Notes under the pieces: generated by a model | Told to the model about the DNA's origin: nothing | Database searches by the model: none | The model's input: only the letters and a program-made list of their open reading frames with translations | Shown here: piece after piece, positions 10,016 through 19,071 of the stretch | Layout of the letters: the number at the start of each line of letters is the position of its first letter | Numbering within the stretch: the stretch's first letter is position 1 | From: Corallococcus macrosporus | GTDB lineage: Bacteria > Myxococcota > Myxococcia > Myxococcales > Myxococcaceae | Reading direction: 5' to 3' | Length of the DNA stretch: 61,685 nt | Assembly: GCF_017302985.1 (NCBI RefSeq) | Contig: NZ_JAFIMU010000011.1 | Span: forward strand, 1-61,685 | Made by a program: the position numbers and the translations under genes

Positions 10016-12075
10016 TGGCCCGCTCGACCGCGCCCAACTTGAAAACCACCCTCTTCCAGCGCCTGGGCGGCAAGGCCCCGCTGACGGCCGCCGTGCAGAA
10101 GCTCTACGCGCGGGTGATGACGGACGCGCTGCTCAAGCCCTTCTTCCGCCGCGCGGACCTGGTGCAGCTCCAGCGCCAGATGGTCGCGTTCCTCACCCAG
10201 CACCTGGGCGGCCCGGCCGTCTATCGCGGCCCGTCGATGGGCGAGGTGCACGCGCGGATGGAGCTGCGTCCGCACCACTTCGAGCGCGTCGCCGAACACC
10301 TGGCCACCGTGCTGGATGAGCTGGACGTGCCGGGCCCCGTCGCCCGCGAGCTGCTGTCGGCCGTGGGGACGCCGAGCGAGGCGAAGATCCGCCGGCCCGC
10401 CGCGAAGCGCACTCCGGCGCGTGCCCCTCGCACCGAGGGACGCCGGGTCGCCGCGGTGTCCGCGCCCGCGGCCCGTTCCTCCCGCCGCCGCGCGGCCACG
10501 CCGCTCTCGGGCGCCTTCAATGAAACGCTGCTCAACGCGGCGCGGGTCAACCTGTTCGTCCTGGACGCGGACCTGGGCGTCGTCTTCATCAACGCGGCCG
10601 CCACGGAGGCCATCGAGCGCATCAGCGACGGCGCGGGGGACGCGGCGGGCAACGACTTCCTCGGCCACTTCGAGCACCTGCTGCGGCTGGAGGAGGACCG
10701 GCTGAGCACGCCCTCGGGGCTGCCGTACGAGACGACCTTCGCGGTGGGCCCCACGCTGCTCAAGGCCCACGTCGACGGCATCGAGGGCCGTGGCGGAGCG
10801 CTCAGCGGCTACGTGGTGACGTGGACGGACATCACGGATCAGCAGCGCGTGGACACGGAGATGGCGCGCCTGCGGGCCATGCTGGAGAACGCGCCCACCT
10901 GCGTGATGGCGGCCGACAAGGACCTGAAGATCGTCTACCTGAACCCCGCCTCGCGCCGGCTGCTCCAGCGGGTGGAGAAGCACCTGCCCGTCAGCGCGGA
11001 CCGGGTGCTGGGGGCCACCATCGACATCTTCCACCGCGACTCGGCGTACCAGCGGAAGATCCTGGCCAACGACAAGAACCTGCCGGTGCGCGCGAACATC
11101 CCCATCGGGCCGGAGGTCGCGGACCTGCTGGTGACGGCGGTGTACGACGGCCAGGGCCGATACCTGGGCCCCATGGTGACGTGGGAGCTCATCACGGAGA
11201 AGCTCGCCGTGCAGAAGCGCGAGCAGGACCTGGACAGCACGCTGCGCGGCATCTTCCAGGAGGTGACGCAGCACTCGCAGACGCTCGCGGCATCGTCGCA
11301 GGAGCTGTCCAGCGTCAGCCAGCAGATGGTGAGCAACGCGCAGGAGACCGCGGCGCAGGCCACCCAGGTCTCCGCCGGCGCAGAGCAGGTCAGCCGCAAC
11401 GTGCAGAGCGTCGCGTCCGGCATGGAGGAGGTCAACGCGAACATCCGAGAGGTGGCGCGCAACGCCAGCGCCGCGGCCAAGGTCGCGGCGTCCGCCGTCA
11501 AGCTGGCGGATACGACCTCCGGCCTCGTCGGCAAGCTGGGCACCAGCAGCCAGGACATCGGCAAGGTCATCAAGGTCATCACCTCCATCGCGCAGCAGAC
11601 GAACCTGCTCGCGCTCAACGCGACCATCGAGGCGGCGCGCGCGGGCGAGGCGGGCCGGGGCTTCGCGGTGGTGGCCAACGAGGTGAAGGAACTGGCGCGC
11701 GAGACGGCCCGCGCCACGGAGGACATCGGTCAGCGGATCGGCAGCATCCAGGGCGACACCGAGGAGGTCGTCAACGCCATCCTGGAGATCGGCGCCACCA
11801 TCAGCCGCATCAACGAACTGCAGACGTCCATCGCCTCGTCGGTCGAAGAGCAGACGGCGACCGCGGGCGAGATCCTGCGCAACGTGGGCGAGGCAGCCAA
11901 GGGCAGCCAGCAAATCTCCGAGAACATGGCCGCCGTGGCGGAGGCCGCGCGCAGCACCACCGAGGGCGCGGGCAGCACGCAGCGCTCCGCGGTGGAGCTG
12001 GCGCACATGGCGCAGTCGCTGCAACGGCTGGTCGTGCAGTTGGACACCACGGACAAGCAGACGCGGGCGAAGTAG
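10015..12075 (+). CDS. Soluble methyl-accepting chemotaxis protein with N-terminal truncated haemoglobin (group I trHb) domain + 2 PAS + MCP signalling domain
   Basis: N-terminus '[32 protein letters not shown]...[27 protein letters not shown]' aligns to trHbN, with a B10 Tyr and a proximal His. PAS-like segments start '[25 protein letters not shown]' and '[24 protein letters not shown]'. MCP core '[34 protein letters not shown]'. No TM helices seen. Confidence 0.85.
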   Translation: MARSTAPNLKTTLFQRLGGKAPLTAAVQKLYARVMTDALLKPFFRRADLVQLQRQMVAFLTQHLGGPAVYRGPSMGEVHARMELRPHHFERVAEHLATVLDELDVPGPVARELLSAVGTPSEAKIRRPAAKRTPARAPRTEGRRVAAVSAPAARSSRRRAATPLSGAFNETLLNAARVNLFVLDADLGVVFINAAATEAIERISDGAGDAAGNDFLGHFEHLLRLEEDRLSTPSGLPYETTFAVGPTLLKAHVDGIEGRGGALSGYVVTWTDITDQQRVDTEMARLRAMLENAPTCVMAADKDLKIVYLNPASRRLLQRVEKHLPVSADRVLGATIDIFHRDSAYQRKILANDKNLPVRANIPIGPEVADLLVTAVYDGQGRYLGPMVTWELITEKLAVQKREQDLDSTLRGIFQEVTQHSQTLAASSQELSSVSQQMVSNAQETAAQATQVSAGAEQVSRNVQSVASGMEEVNANIREVARNASAAAKVAASAVKLADTTSGLVGKLGTSSQDIGKVIKVITSIAQQTNLLALNATIEAARAGEAGRGFAVVANEVKELARETARATEDIGQRIGSIQGDTEEVVNAILEIGATISRINELQTSIASSVEEQTATAGEILRNVGEAAKGSQQISENMAAVAEAARSTTEGAGSTQRSAVELAHMAQSLQRLVVQLDTTDKQTRAK

Positions 12076-12093
12076 CGCGGGGAGCCACGGCAC

Positions 12094-13623
12094 GTGCGAA
12101 CCGGATTGAAGCGGTGGTGGGAGCTGGGTCAGGTGGCCCGCGTCTCCACGCGTCTGCGGCGGGTCTCCCGTCCCCAGGACGCGGAGCGCGTGCGGCGCGA
12201 GCTGACCCAGCGGCTCCTGGGCCTTCGAGGGCTGCCACAGAAGGTGGGCCAGGTGCTCACGCTCGCGGAGCTGGGCGCGGAGACGCCGGGGTTCGGCTCG
12301 CTCGCGGAGGCGCCCTCCCCGCTCGCGCCGGAGGATGCGCTGGCGGAGGTGTCCCGCCGCCTGGGCCGCCCGTGGCAGGAGGTGTTCACGTCGCTGGACG
12401 GCGCGGGCATCGCCGCGTCGCTGGGCCAGGTGCACCGGGGCGTGCTGCGCGACGGACGCACCGTGGCGGTGAAGCTGCGGCACCCGGGCATCGCGGAGGC
12501 CGTGCGGGATGACCTGCGCGCGCTGGGATGGCTGGCCGCGCCGCTGGGAGGCTGGCGCGGGAAGCTGGACATGTCCGCCTACCGCCACGAGCTGGCCCGG
12601 ATGATCCAGGGTGAGCTGGACTACCACCACGAGGCCCAGGCCCTGCGCAACGCGGGCGCGCGCATGGCGGACGTGCCGGGCGTCGTCGTGCCCGTGCCCG
12701 TGGACGAACTCACCCGTGAAGACCTGCTGGTGATGAGCTGGGTGGAAGGTGAATCCCTCGCGGAGGGATGGCGCTGGAGCGAAGCGGACCGCCGGGCGCT
12801 GTCCACCACGCTGGTCCGGCTGTTCCTCCATGGCTGCTTCACGTGGGGCGCGCTCCACGCGGATCCGCACCCGGGCAACTACCGCGTGTCCCGGGGACCC
12901 GATGGCAAGCCCGTGCTGGGGGTGCTCGACTTCGGCTGCGTGAAGCCGCTGGCGCCGGAGCTGGCCGCGGGGCTGGGGCGGTTGATCTCCCTCCTCCGGT
13001 GCCCCGACACCACGCCGCGTCCGGAGCAACTGGTCTCCGCGTGGGTGATGATGGGCTTCACGCCGGAGCTGCTGGAGCCCATGGCGGAGGCGCTGCCCGC
13101 CGTCAGCCGCGTGCTGCTGGAGCCCTTCCTCCTCGACGGACCCTTCCGCGCGAAGAACTGGCGGCTGGGGGCGCGGCTCACCGAAGCGCTGGGACCGCAC
13201 CGCTGGAACTTCCGCGCGGCCGGGCCCGCGTCGCTCCTGTTCGTCCTGCGCGCGTTCCACGGGCTGGTGCGCCACCTCGACGTCCTGGATGCGCCCATTG
13301 CATGGGGGCCGCTGCTGGAGGAGGCCCGCGCCCCGTCGCTCCCGCCTCCGCCGTCGCCGCCCGAGGCGCGGGTGGAGGGCACCGCGCTCTACCTGAAGGT
13401 CCGCGTGACCGAAGGGGAGCACACGCGCGTCGCGCTGACCTTCCGCGCGGACGTGACGGCGCACCTGGAGGACCTGTTGCCGGAGGACCTGCCACGGAAG
13501 CTCTCGGCGCGGGGGCTGGATCCGGTCGCCATCGGCGCGGAGGCGGTCGCGGCGGGACTGCGGCCGTCGGAGCTGTTCCACCTGGACGAGGGCGACCGCC
13601 ACGTCCGGGTCTGGCTCGAGTGA
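12094..13623 (+). CDS. ABC1/UbiB-family atypical protein kinase with ~130-aa C-terminal extension
   Basis: GTG start 19 nt after the MCP stop. 'GQVLTLAELG...IAASLGQVHRGVLRDGRTVAVKLRHPGI' is the ABC1 kinase signature. The C-terminal region ('PSLPPPPSPPEARVEGTALYLKVRVTEGEH...') is of unknown function. Confidence 0.8.
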   Translation: MRTGLKRWWELGQVARVSTRLRRVSRPQDAERVRRELTQRLLGLRGLPQKVGQVLTLAELGAETPGFGSLAEAPSPLAPEDALAEVSRRLGRPWQEVFTSLDGAGIAASLGQVHRGVLRDGRTVAVKLRHPGIAEAVRDDLRALGWLAAPLGGWRGKLDMSAYRHELARMIQGELDYHHEAQALRNAGARMADVPGVVVPVPVDELTREDLLVMSWVEGESLAEGWRWSEADRRALSTTLVRLFLHGCFTWGALHADPHPGNYRVSRGPDGKPVLGVLDFGCVKPLAPELAAGLGRLISLLRCPDTTPRPEQLVSAWVMMGFTPELLEPMAEALPAVSRVLLEPFLLDGPFRAKNWRLGARLTEALGPHRWNFRAAGPASLLFVLRAFHGLVRHLDVLDAPIAWGPLLEEARAPSLPPPPSPPEARVEGTALYLKVRVTEGEHTRVALTFRADVTAHLEDLLPEDLPRKLSARGLDPVAIGAEAVAAGLRPSELFHLDEGDRHVRVWLE

Positions 13624-13645
13624 AAGACAGACAAGGACGTGACGC

Positions 13646-13981
13646 ATGGTCACCATCGGCATGAACTACGAGGTGCGTGAGGGCAAGGCGGAAGCCTTCG
13701 AGCGGAAGTTCGCGCTCGTCCTGGAGGCGATGCGGACGCTGCCGGCGCACGCGCACACGGAGCTGTTCAAGAGCGTGGGGGCGCCGGGGCGCTACCTCAT
13801 CGTCTCCGAGTGGCACAGCCGCGAGGGCTTCGACGCCTTCATCGCGTCCGAGGCCTTCCACCGCGTGACGGACTGGGGCGCGAGCGCCATCCTCGCGAGC
13901 CGCCCGCGCCACGAGGTGTATGGCGATGCGGCCTCCAGCGTCCCCTCCGGCCGCTGCCCGGTCGCGCACGCGGTCCGGTGA
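13646..13981 (+). CDS. ABM (antibiotic-biosynthesis-monooxygenase-like) domain protein
   Basis: ~110 aa with a ferredoxin-like ABM pattern ('MVTIGMNYEVREGKAEAFERKF...YLIVSEWHSREGFDAFIASEAF'). RBS AAGGA upstream. Lies inside the che operon. Confidence 0.6.
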   Translation: MVTIGMNYEVREGKAEAFERKFALVLEAMRTLPAHAHTELFKSVGAPGRYLIVSEWHSREGFDAFIASEAFHRVTDWGASAILASRPRHEVYGDAASSVPSGRCPVAHAVR

Positions 13982-13992
13982 CACGGGTGCGA

Positions 13993-15057
13993 ATGAACGC
14001 CATCCGGGTCCTGGTCGTCGACGACGCGGCCGTGGTGCGGCGACAGGTGTCGCAGCTCCTGGGCTCGGCGCCCGGCCTGGAGGTCGTCGCCACCGCGGCC
14101 AACGGCCGCATCGCCCTGGCGAAGGTGGAGCAGTTCCAGCCGGACGTGGTGCTGCTGGACCTGGAGATGCCGGAGCTGGACGGGCTGGAGACGCTGAAGC
14201 TCTTGCGCCAGCGCGCCCCGGAGCTGCCCGTGGTGATGTTCAGCGCGCTCACCGAACGCGCCGGCATGCTGACCCTGGAGGCGCTCGCGCTGGGGGCACG
14301 TGACTACGTGACGAAGCCCACGTCCGCGGGCGGGATGAACGTCACCGTGGAGTCCGTGCGCGACGAATTGGTGCGCAAGCTCAGGGCGTTCGACGTGCGT
14401 CCCCCGTCCCCCACGATGGCGCCGTTCCCGGCGACGCGCGCACTTCAGCCCCGGCCTCGGGTGCCCGCGCGGGTGGAGGCCATCGTCATCGGCGCGTCCA
14501 CCGGAGGCCCGGGCGCGCTGGTGCGCGTGGTGTCCGCGCTGCCAGCGGACCTGCCGGTGCCGGTGCTCATCGTGCAGCACATGCCTCCCCTCTTCACGCG
14601 GCTGCTCGCGGAGCGGTTGCAGGGCGTGAGCCCGCTCTCCGTTCGAGAGGCCGTGACGGGTGCGTCCGTGCAGCCTGGCGCGGTGTGGGTCGCCCCGGGG
14701 GACTTCCACCTCGCCGTGTATCGCGACGCGGGGGGCGTGCGGCTGCTCACGCACCAGGGGCCCACGGAGAACGCGTGCCGTCCGGCGGTGGACCTGCTCT
14801 TCCGCTCGGCGGCGGAGGTTTACGGCGCGGGCGTGCTGGCGGTGGTGCTCACCGGCATGGGCCAGGACGGGCTGCGCGGCTGCCGCAAGGTGAGCGAAGC
14901 GGGCGGTCAAGTGGTGGTGCAGGACCAGGCCAGCTGTGTCATCGGCAGCATGCCGGGCGCGGTGGAGCAGGCGGGGCTCGCGGATGCGGTGGTGCCCCTG
15001 GACGCCCTGGCCCTGGAGCTGGTGCGGCGCGTGGATCCGCGCGGACGGAGGACCTGA
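13993..15057 (+). CDS. cheB: Chemotaxis response regulator protein-glutamate methylesterase CheB (REC + CheB_methylest)
   Basis: REC 'IRVLVVDDAAVVRR...VVLLDLEMPELDG'; catalytic 'IVIGASTGGPGAL...VLIVQHMPPLFTR...VVLTGMGQDG'. An in-frame GTG at 13987 is an alternative start. Confidence 0.9.
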   Translation: MNAIRVLVVDDAAVVRRQVSQLLGSAPGLEVVATAANGRIALAKVEQFQPDVVLLDLEMPELDGLETLKLLRQRAPELPVVMFSALTERAGMLTLEALALGARDYVTKPTSAGGMNVTVESVRDELVRKLRAFDVRPPSPTMAPFPATRALQPRPRVPARVEAIVIGASTGGPGALVRVVSALPADLPVPVLIVQHMPPLFTRLLAERLQGVSPLSVREAVTGASVQPGAVWVAPGDFHLAVYRDAGGVRLLTHQGPTENACRPAVDLLFRSAAEVYGAGVLAVVLTGMGQDGLRGCRKVSEAGGQVVVQDQASCVIGSMPGAVEQAGLADAVVPLDALALELVRRVDPRGRRT

Positions 15058-15059
15058 TC

Positions 15060-15953
15060 ATGTCCCTGCTTCCCGACGACTTCGCGTATCTGCGCAAGCG
15101 CGTGCTGCGCCGCTCCGGGCTCGTGCTGGAGCCCGACACGCACGCGCTGGTGGAGACGCGGCTCACGCCGCTCATGCGCGAGGAGCATCTGCCGGACATC
15201 TCCGCCCTGGTCGCGCGGCTTCGCTCACAGCCGGAGAGCAGCCCGCTCCACCAGCGGCTGGCGGAGGCGCTGGCCAACCACGAGACGGCCTTCTTCCGCG
15301 ACGCGCCGGTGTTCGACGCCCTGCGCACCACGGTCCTGCCCGCCCTGCTGGCGAAGCGCTCCCGCACGCGGACGCTGCGCATCTGGTGCGCGGCGTGCGC
15401 CTACGGCCAGGAGCCCTACAGCGTGGCGATGACGCTGGCGGAGGCCGGGCTGCTCATCACCGGCTGGACGGTGCGCATCCTCGCCACGGACTTCTCCACC
15501 CGCGCGCTCATGCGCGCCAGCGAGGCCCGCTACGACGCGCAGGAGATCCACCGGGGCCTGTCACCCAAGCTGCGCCAGCGCTACTTCCATCAGGACCGCG
15601 ACAAATGGCGGCTGAACGAACAGGTGCGCAGGCCGGTGGAGTTCCGGCCGCTCAACCTGATGGACGACTTCCCACCGGAAGCGCCCGTGGACCTCGTCTT
15701 CCTTCGCAACGTGATGATCTACTGGGACGCGACCACCCGGCACGCGGTGCTCGCGCGCGTGCGGCGGATGATCCACGCGGAGGGCTACCTGGTGCTGGGC
15801 GCCGCGGAGGCCTCTCCCCTGGGCGAGGACGGCTTCACGCGGCACCTGATTGGACAGACCAGTTGGTACCGCCCCACGCCCGCGTCGCAGACCAGCGCGG
15901 GCGCCCCCATGCGGGATGCGCCGCGCCCTCCCCGCTCCGGCGCTACACCTTGA
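15060..15953 (+). CDS. cheR: Chemotaxis protein methyltransferase CheR
   Basis: 'TAFFRDAPVFDAL...RIWCAACAYGQEPYSVAMTL...VFLRNVMIYWD' are CheR SAM-methyltransferase motifs. ATG lies 3 nt after the cheB stop. Confidence 0.9.
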   Translation: MSLLPDDFAYLRKRVLRRSGLVLEPDTHALVETRLTPLMREEHLPDISALVARLRSQPESSPLHQRLAEALANHETAFFRDAPVFDALRTTVLPALLAKRSRTRTLRIWCAACAYGQEPYSVAMTLAEAGLLITGWTVRILATDFSTRALMRASEARYDAQEIHRGLSPKLRQRYFHQDRDKWRLNEQVRRPVEFRPLNLMDDFPPEAPVDLVFLRNVMIYWDATTRHAVLARVRRMIHAEGYLVLGAAEASPLGEDGFTRHLIGQTSWYRPTPASQTSAGAPMRDAPRPPRSGATP

Positions 15954-16863
15954 GGCGGATGGCGCCGGGCAGCAGCGTCATGGTGCAGGGCAGCCGGCCC
16001 GGCGTCTCGCCGTCCACGTCCAGGAACACGTCGCCGTCCTCCGACTCCGCGTGGATCGTGCGGCAGCGCAGCCGCCGCGTGCCCTTCCAGGTGACGTGGT
16101 CGCCGTTGTAGACGCCCTTCGACTTGAGGACGAAGTCGGACAGGCCGTAGTTGGACCAGATGGTGACGTCGAACAGGCCGTCGTGCGTCACCGCGTCGGG
16201 CGCGACGAACATGCCGCTGCCGAAGTAGCGCCCGTTGGCCACGGCCACCGCGGTGACGCTCACCGTCTCCGGCGTGCCGCCATCCACCGTGAGGCGCACC
16301 TGCCGCTCCTGGTACTTCAGGAGGCCCTTCACGGTGCCCCACATGAAGCTCAGGTTGCCGCCCAGCGCCTTGCTGCCCTGGTTCACCTCGCGGGCCACCA
16401 CCGCACTCACGCCAAACGAGGCGATGTTGGCGAAGAAGCGCGTGGCCGGGTTGCCGTCGTTGCCGATGAACTCCAGCCGTCCCACGTCGAACGGCTCCGT
16501 CTTCTCCGTGCGCAGCCGCTCCAGCGCGGACGTCAGCTCCAGGTCCCACCCGAAGGTGCGGCGGAAGTCTCCGCCGGTGCCGCGGGGCAGCAGGCCCAAC
16601 GCCGCCTGCGGGTTGATGACCTTCCCGTCGCGGAAGAAGCCGTTGGTGACCTCGTTGAGGGTGCCGTCACCGCCCACCGCGACGATGCACTCATAGCCGT
16701 CGTCGATGGCCTGCCGCGCCAGACGCGCCGCATCCATGCCGCCGCTGGTGAAGCCGTGCCCGAACTCGCCGAGCACCTTGCCCACCTGCGCGGAGATCTC
16801 CACCCATCGCTTCCCCGTCTGCCCGTTGGCGCTGCGCGGGTTGACCACGAGGAACGTCTTCAT
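15943..16863 (-). CDS. Diacylglycerol-kinase catalytic-domain lipid kinase (YegS/BmrU family)
   Basis: 'FLVVNPRSANGQ...ECIVAVGGDGTLNEVTNG' is the DAGK_cat signature. 3' end convergently overlaps cheR by 11 nt. Confidence 0.75.
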   Translation of the reverse strand: MKTFLVVNPRSANGQTGKRWVEISAQVGKVLGEFGHGFTSGGMDAARLARQAIDDGYECIVAVGGDGTLNEVTNGFFRDGKVINPQAALGLLPRGTGGDFRRTFGWDLELTSALERLRTEKTEPFDVGRLEFIGNDGNPATRFFANIASFGVSAVVAREVNQGSKALGGNLSFMWGTVKGLLKYQERQVRLTVDGGTPETVSVTAVAVANGRYFGSGMFVAPDAVTHDGLFDVTIWSNYGLSDFVLKSKGVYNGDHVTWKGTRRLRCRTIHAESEDGDVFLDVDGETPGRLPCTMTLLPGAIRLKV

Positions 16864-17022
16864 TCAGTGCCTTCTCCCTGCTGCCAGAACGGCCTGTTTA
16901 CGCAATTGTGCGCCCAGGCTCCACTCTGTGACCCGCAGGAGGACCCCGCCGGCCGGGGTGTTTGTCACCCAGACCGCTCCGTGCTGGGCTTCCCGCCCCC
17001 CCTCTTCCGCCCCGGACCCCGA

Positions 17023-17700
17023 GTGAAAGTCCCCACCGCCACCGAGCAGCTCGCGCCCCACCGGGAGGCCACGCGCGCCCTGGACTGGGCGCTGCCCGCG
17101 CTCCGGGCGGACCTGGCCGCGGCGGCGCGGCAGCCCTTCCGGGAGACGGGGACCCAGGAGGACTTCCTCCTGCGCCATGACGCACCGGCCCATGAAACGC
17201 AGGGGGCCGCGCGGACGGAGCGCTTCAAGCAGGCCCTGGCCCGGGTGCGGCGACTCGCGGACGCGGGCGAGCCGCTGACCTTCGCCCGGATGCTGGAGGT
17301 CCAGTCGGAGCTGCTGGGCGGGCCCACGGGCTTTCGCGACGGCGACGCCTTCGCGTGGGGTGGCGCGCACCGCTACGCGCTCGAGCCCGGGCTGGAGGCG
17401 GCCTTCCGCGAGAAGGTGGAGGCGGACGCTCGCGAGGACCGCCATCCGGTGGCGCATGCCACGCGGTTGTACCTGGACCTGTGTTTCTTCCATCCCTTCC
17501 CGGACGGCAACGCGCGCGCGGCGCGGCTGTGGCTGGAATACATGCTGCGCCGGGGCCGGCTGCCCACACCGCCGCTGGCGCCCGTGGTGCTGTGGCCCAA
17601 GCGTCCGGGAGACGCGGTGAACTACACGCGGCTGGCAAGGCTGCTGGCCCGGACCATCGCGGGGCCGGACGCCCCGTGCCGCAATGAGGTGCCTGAATGA
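17023..17700 (+). CDS. Fic/Fido domain protein (variant motif HPFPDGNARAAR)
   Basis: Fic core motif 'HPFPDGNARAARLWLEYML'. Start uncertain: GTG at 17023 is the first plausible start after the divergent lipid-kinase gene. Stop TGA at 17698-17700 overlaps the next ATG (ATGA). Confidence 0.75.
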   Translation: MKVPTATEQLAPHREATRALDWALPALRADLAAAARQPFRETGTQEDFLLRHDAPAHETQGAARTERFKQALARVRRLADAGEPLTFARMLEVQSELLGGPTGFRDGDAFAWGGAHRYALEPGLEAAFREKVEADAREDRHPVAHATRLYLDLCFFHPFPDGNARAARLWLEYMLRRGRLPTPPLAPVVLWPKRPGDAVNYTRLARLLARTIAGPDAPCRNEVPE

Positions 17701-18362
17701 GCAGTGATACTTCGGCGTTCACGTGGCGGCGCATCCGCGACAGCCTGGATGTCTATTCGCCGGAGCAACTGGCCTCCCGGCTTCGGGAGGCGTTGGCTCC
17801 GCTGCGGGTCGGCAGCATCCATCCGAGCCGGCTCAAGCAGGCGCAGAACGCCGTCCAGGATCTGCTCAAGAACGAGCTGGGGCCCTGGTACACCATGAGC
17901 GGCCTGCCCCTGGGCAATGAAGTCCTGGGGGGCTATTGCTGGTGCCACTCGTTCTTCAACCAGAACCCGCCGCATCGCACGACGGATGTGAATGAGAACA
18001 TTCAGCTCATGCTGACGTCGCTGGAGCGGATCCGTTCGTTTCTGTACGCGCTGGACGGCGTGTATCAGACCGCGCGCCGTCAGATCGAGGCAGCGGGCGA
18101 CGACAAGGCCCTCCGGGCGAAGGCGCTCGAGGAAGGGCTGGTGCGGAGCGTGGACCTGACGGCGGAGACGACGTCCTGCGAGGAGACCTGGTACTCGGTC
18201 GCGCAGGACGCCATGTCGTGGTGCATCGAGGCGATGGGGCTGCCCGTATCGGACGCCACGGAGGAGCTGCTGGACACCGCCTTCGTCTTCGAGTCCTGGA
18301 TCGCGCCCCCTCCGGAAGTCCTCCGGGCCGCGGCGGCGCGGGTGGCGGAGATAGCGGTATGA
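17697..18362 (+). CDS. Hypothetical protein, paralogue A of a tandem pair (GGYCWCH motif family)
   Basis: Translationally coupled to Fic (ATGA). Shares 'LGPWYT..GL.LGNE..GGYCWCH.FF...P...DV..NIQLM...LER', 'EE.WY..A..A.SW...A.GL' and 'F.FESW' with the downstream ORF. Confidence 0.5.
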   Translation: MSSDTSAFTWRRIRDSLDVYSPEQLASRLREALAPLRVGSIHPSRLKQAQNAVQDLLKNELGPWYTMSGLPLGNEVLGGYCWCHSFFNQNPPHRTTDVNENIQLMLTSLERIRSFLYALDGVYQTARRQIEAAGDDKALRAKALEEGLVRSVDLTAETTSCEETWYSVAQDAMSWCIEAMGLPVSDATEELLDTAFVFESWIAPPPEVLRAAAARVAEIAV

Positions 18363-19054
18363 CCCGGTCGGCCCTGGGCCACTGGTTGCTCATCCGCGAC
18401 AGCCTGGAGGGGTATGCGCCGGAGAAGCTCATCCGCCTGCTGCGCGAATACCTGGCGCCGCGCGTGCCTCCGGGGACGCGCAAGCTCACGGACGAGCAGC
18501 ACGACACGATGGCCAAACACGTCCAGCGGCTCCTCGGCCAGAACCTGGGCCCCTGGTACACGGAGACGGGCCTGTACCTGGGCAATGAGAGCTTCGGCGG
18601 CTACTGCTGGTGCCATCGCTTCTTCAGACAGAAGCCCACGCCGAACATGGACGTGGAATACAACATCCAGCTCATGATCGACGCGCTGGAGCGGTCACGC
18701 GAATGGCTGTTCAAGCTGGACGCCCACTTCCAGGCATTGAAGCGCGACCTGCCCTCCGCCCCCGAGGACACGGACATCCGGTTGCTGGCGCTGGCGGACG
18801 GCATCGTCACCACGATGAACCTCACCATCGAAGCCATGGGCGGCGAGGAGGCCTGGTACACCTTCGCGGATGAGGCGCTGTCGTGGATGTTCGACGCCCT
18901 CGGCCTGCGCCCGGGCTATCAGGCCGGCAAGCTGATGCGAAAGCTGTTCGCCTTCGAGTCCTGGCACACGCCGGGCGAGTGGGAGCTGCGCGACTCCGCG
19001 GAGAAGGTGGCGGCGGCCGTCGTGGAGGACGAGGGCCGCCGGCACACGCACTGA
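18359..19054 (+). CDS. Hypothetical protein, paralogue B of a tandem pair (GGYCWCH motif family)
   Basis: ATG overlaps the paralogue A stop (ATGA). Clear paralogy to 17697..18362 over the whole length. Confidence 0.5.
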   Translation: MTRSALGHWLLIRDSLEGYAPEKLIRLLREYLAPRVPPGTRKLTDEQHDTMAKHVQRLLGQNLGPWYTETGLYLGNESFGGYCWCHRFFRQKPTPNMDVEYNIQLMIDALERSREWLFKLDAHFQALKRDLPSAPEDTDIRLLALADGIVTTMNLTIEAMGGEEAWYTFADEALSWMFDALGLRPGYQAGKLMRKLFAFESWHTPGEWELRDSAEKVAAAVVEDEGRRHTH

Positions 19055-19071
19055 ATCACGCGCCCGTCCCT

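Noticed and set aside
7314-13662. Very long antisense ORFs (673 aa and 1461 aa) opposite cheA / MCP / ABC1 kinase
   Set aside because: Shadow ORFs caused by GC-rich third positions. The plus-strand genes have clear domain content; the antisense translations are low-complexity Arg/Ala/Gly.
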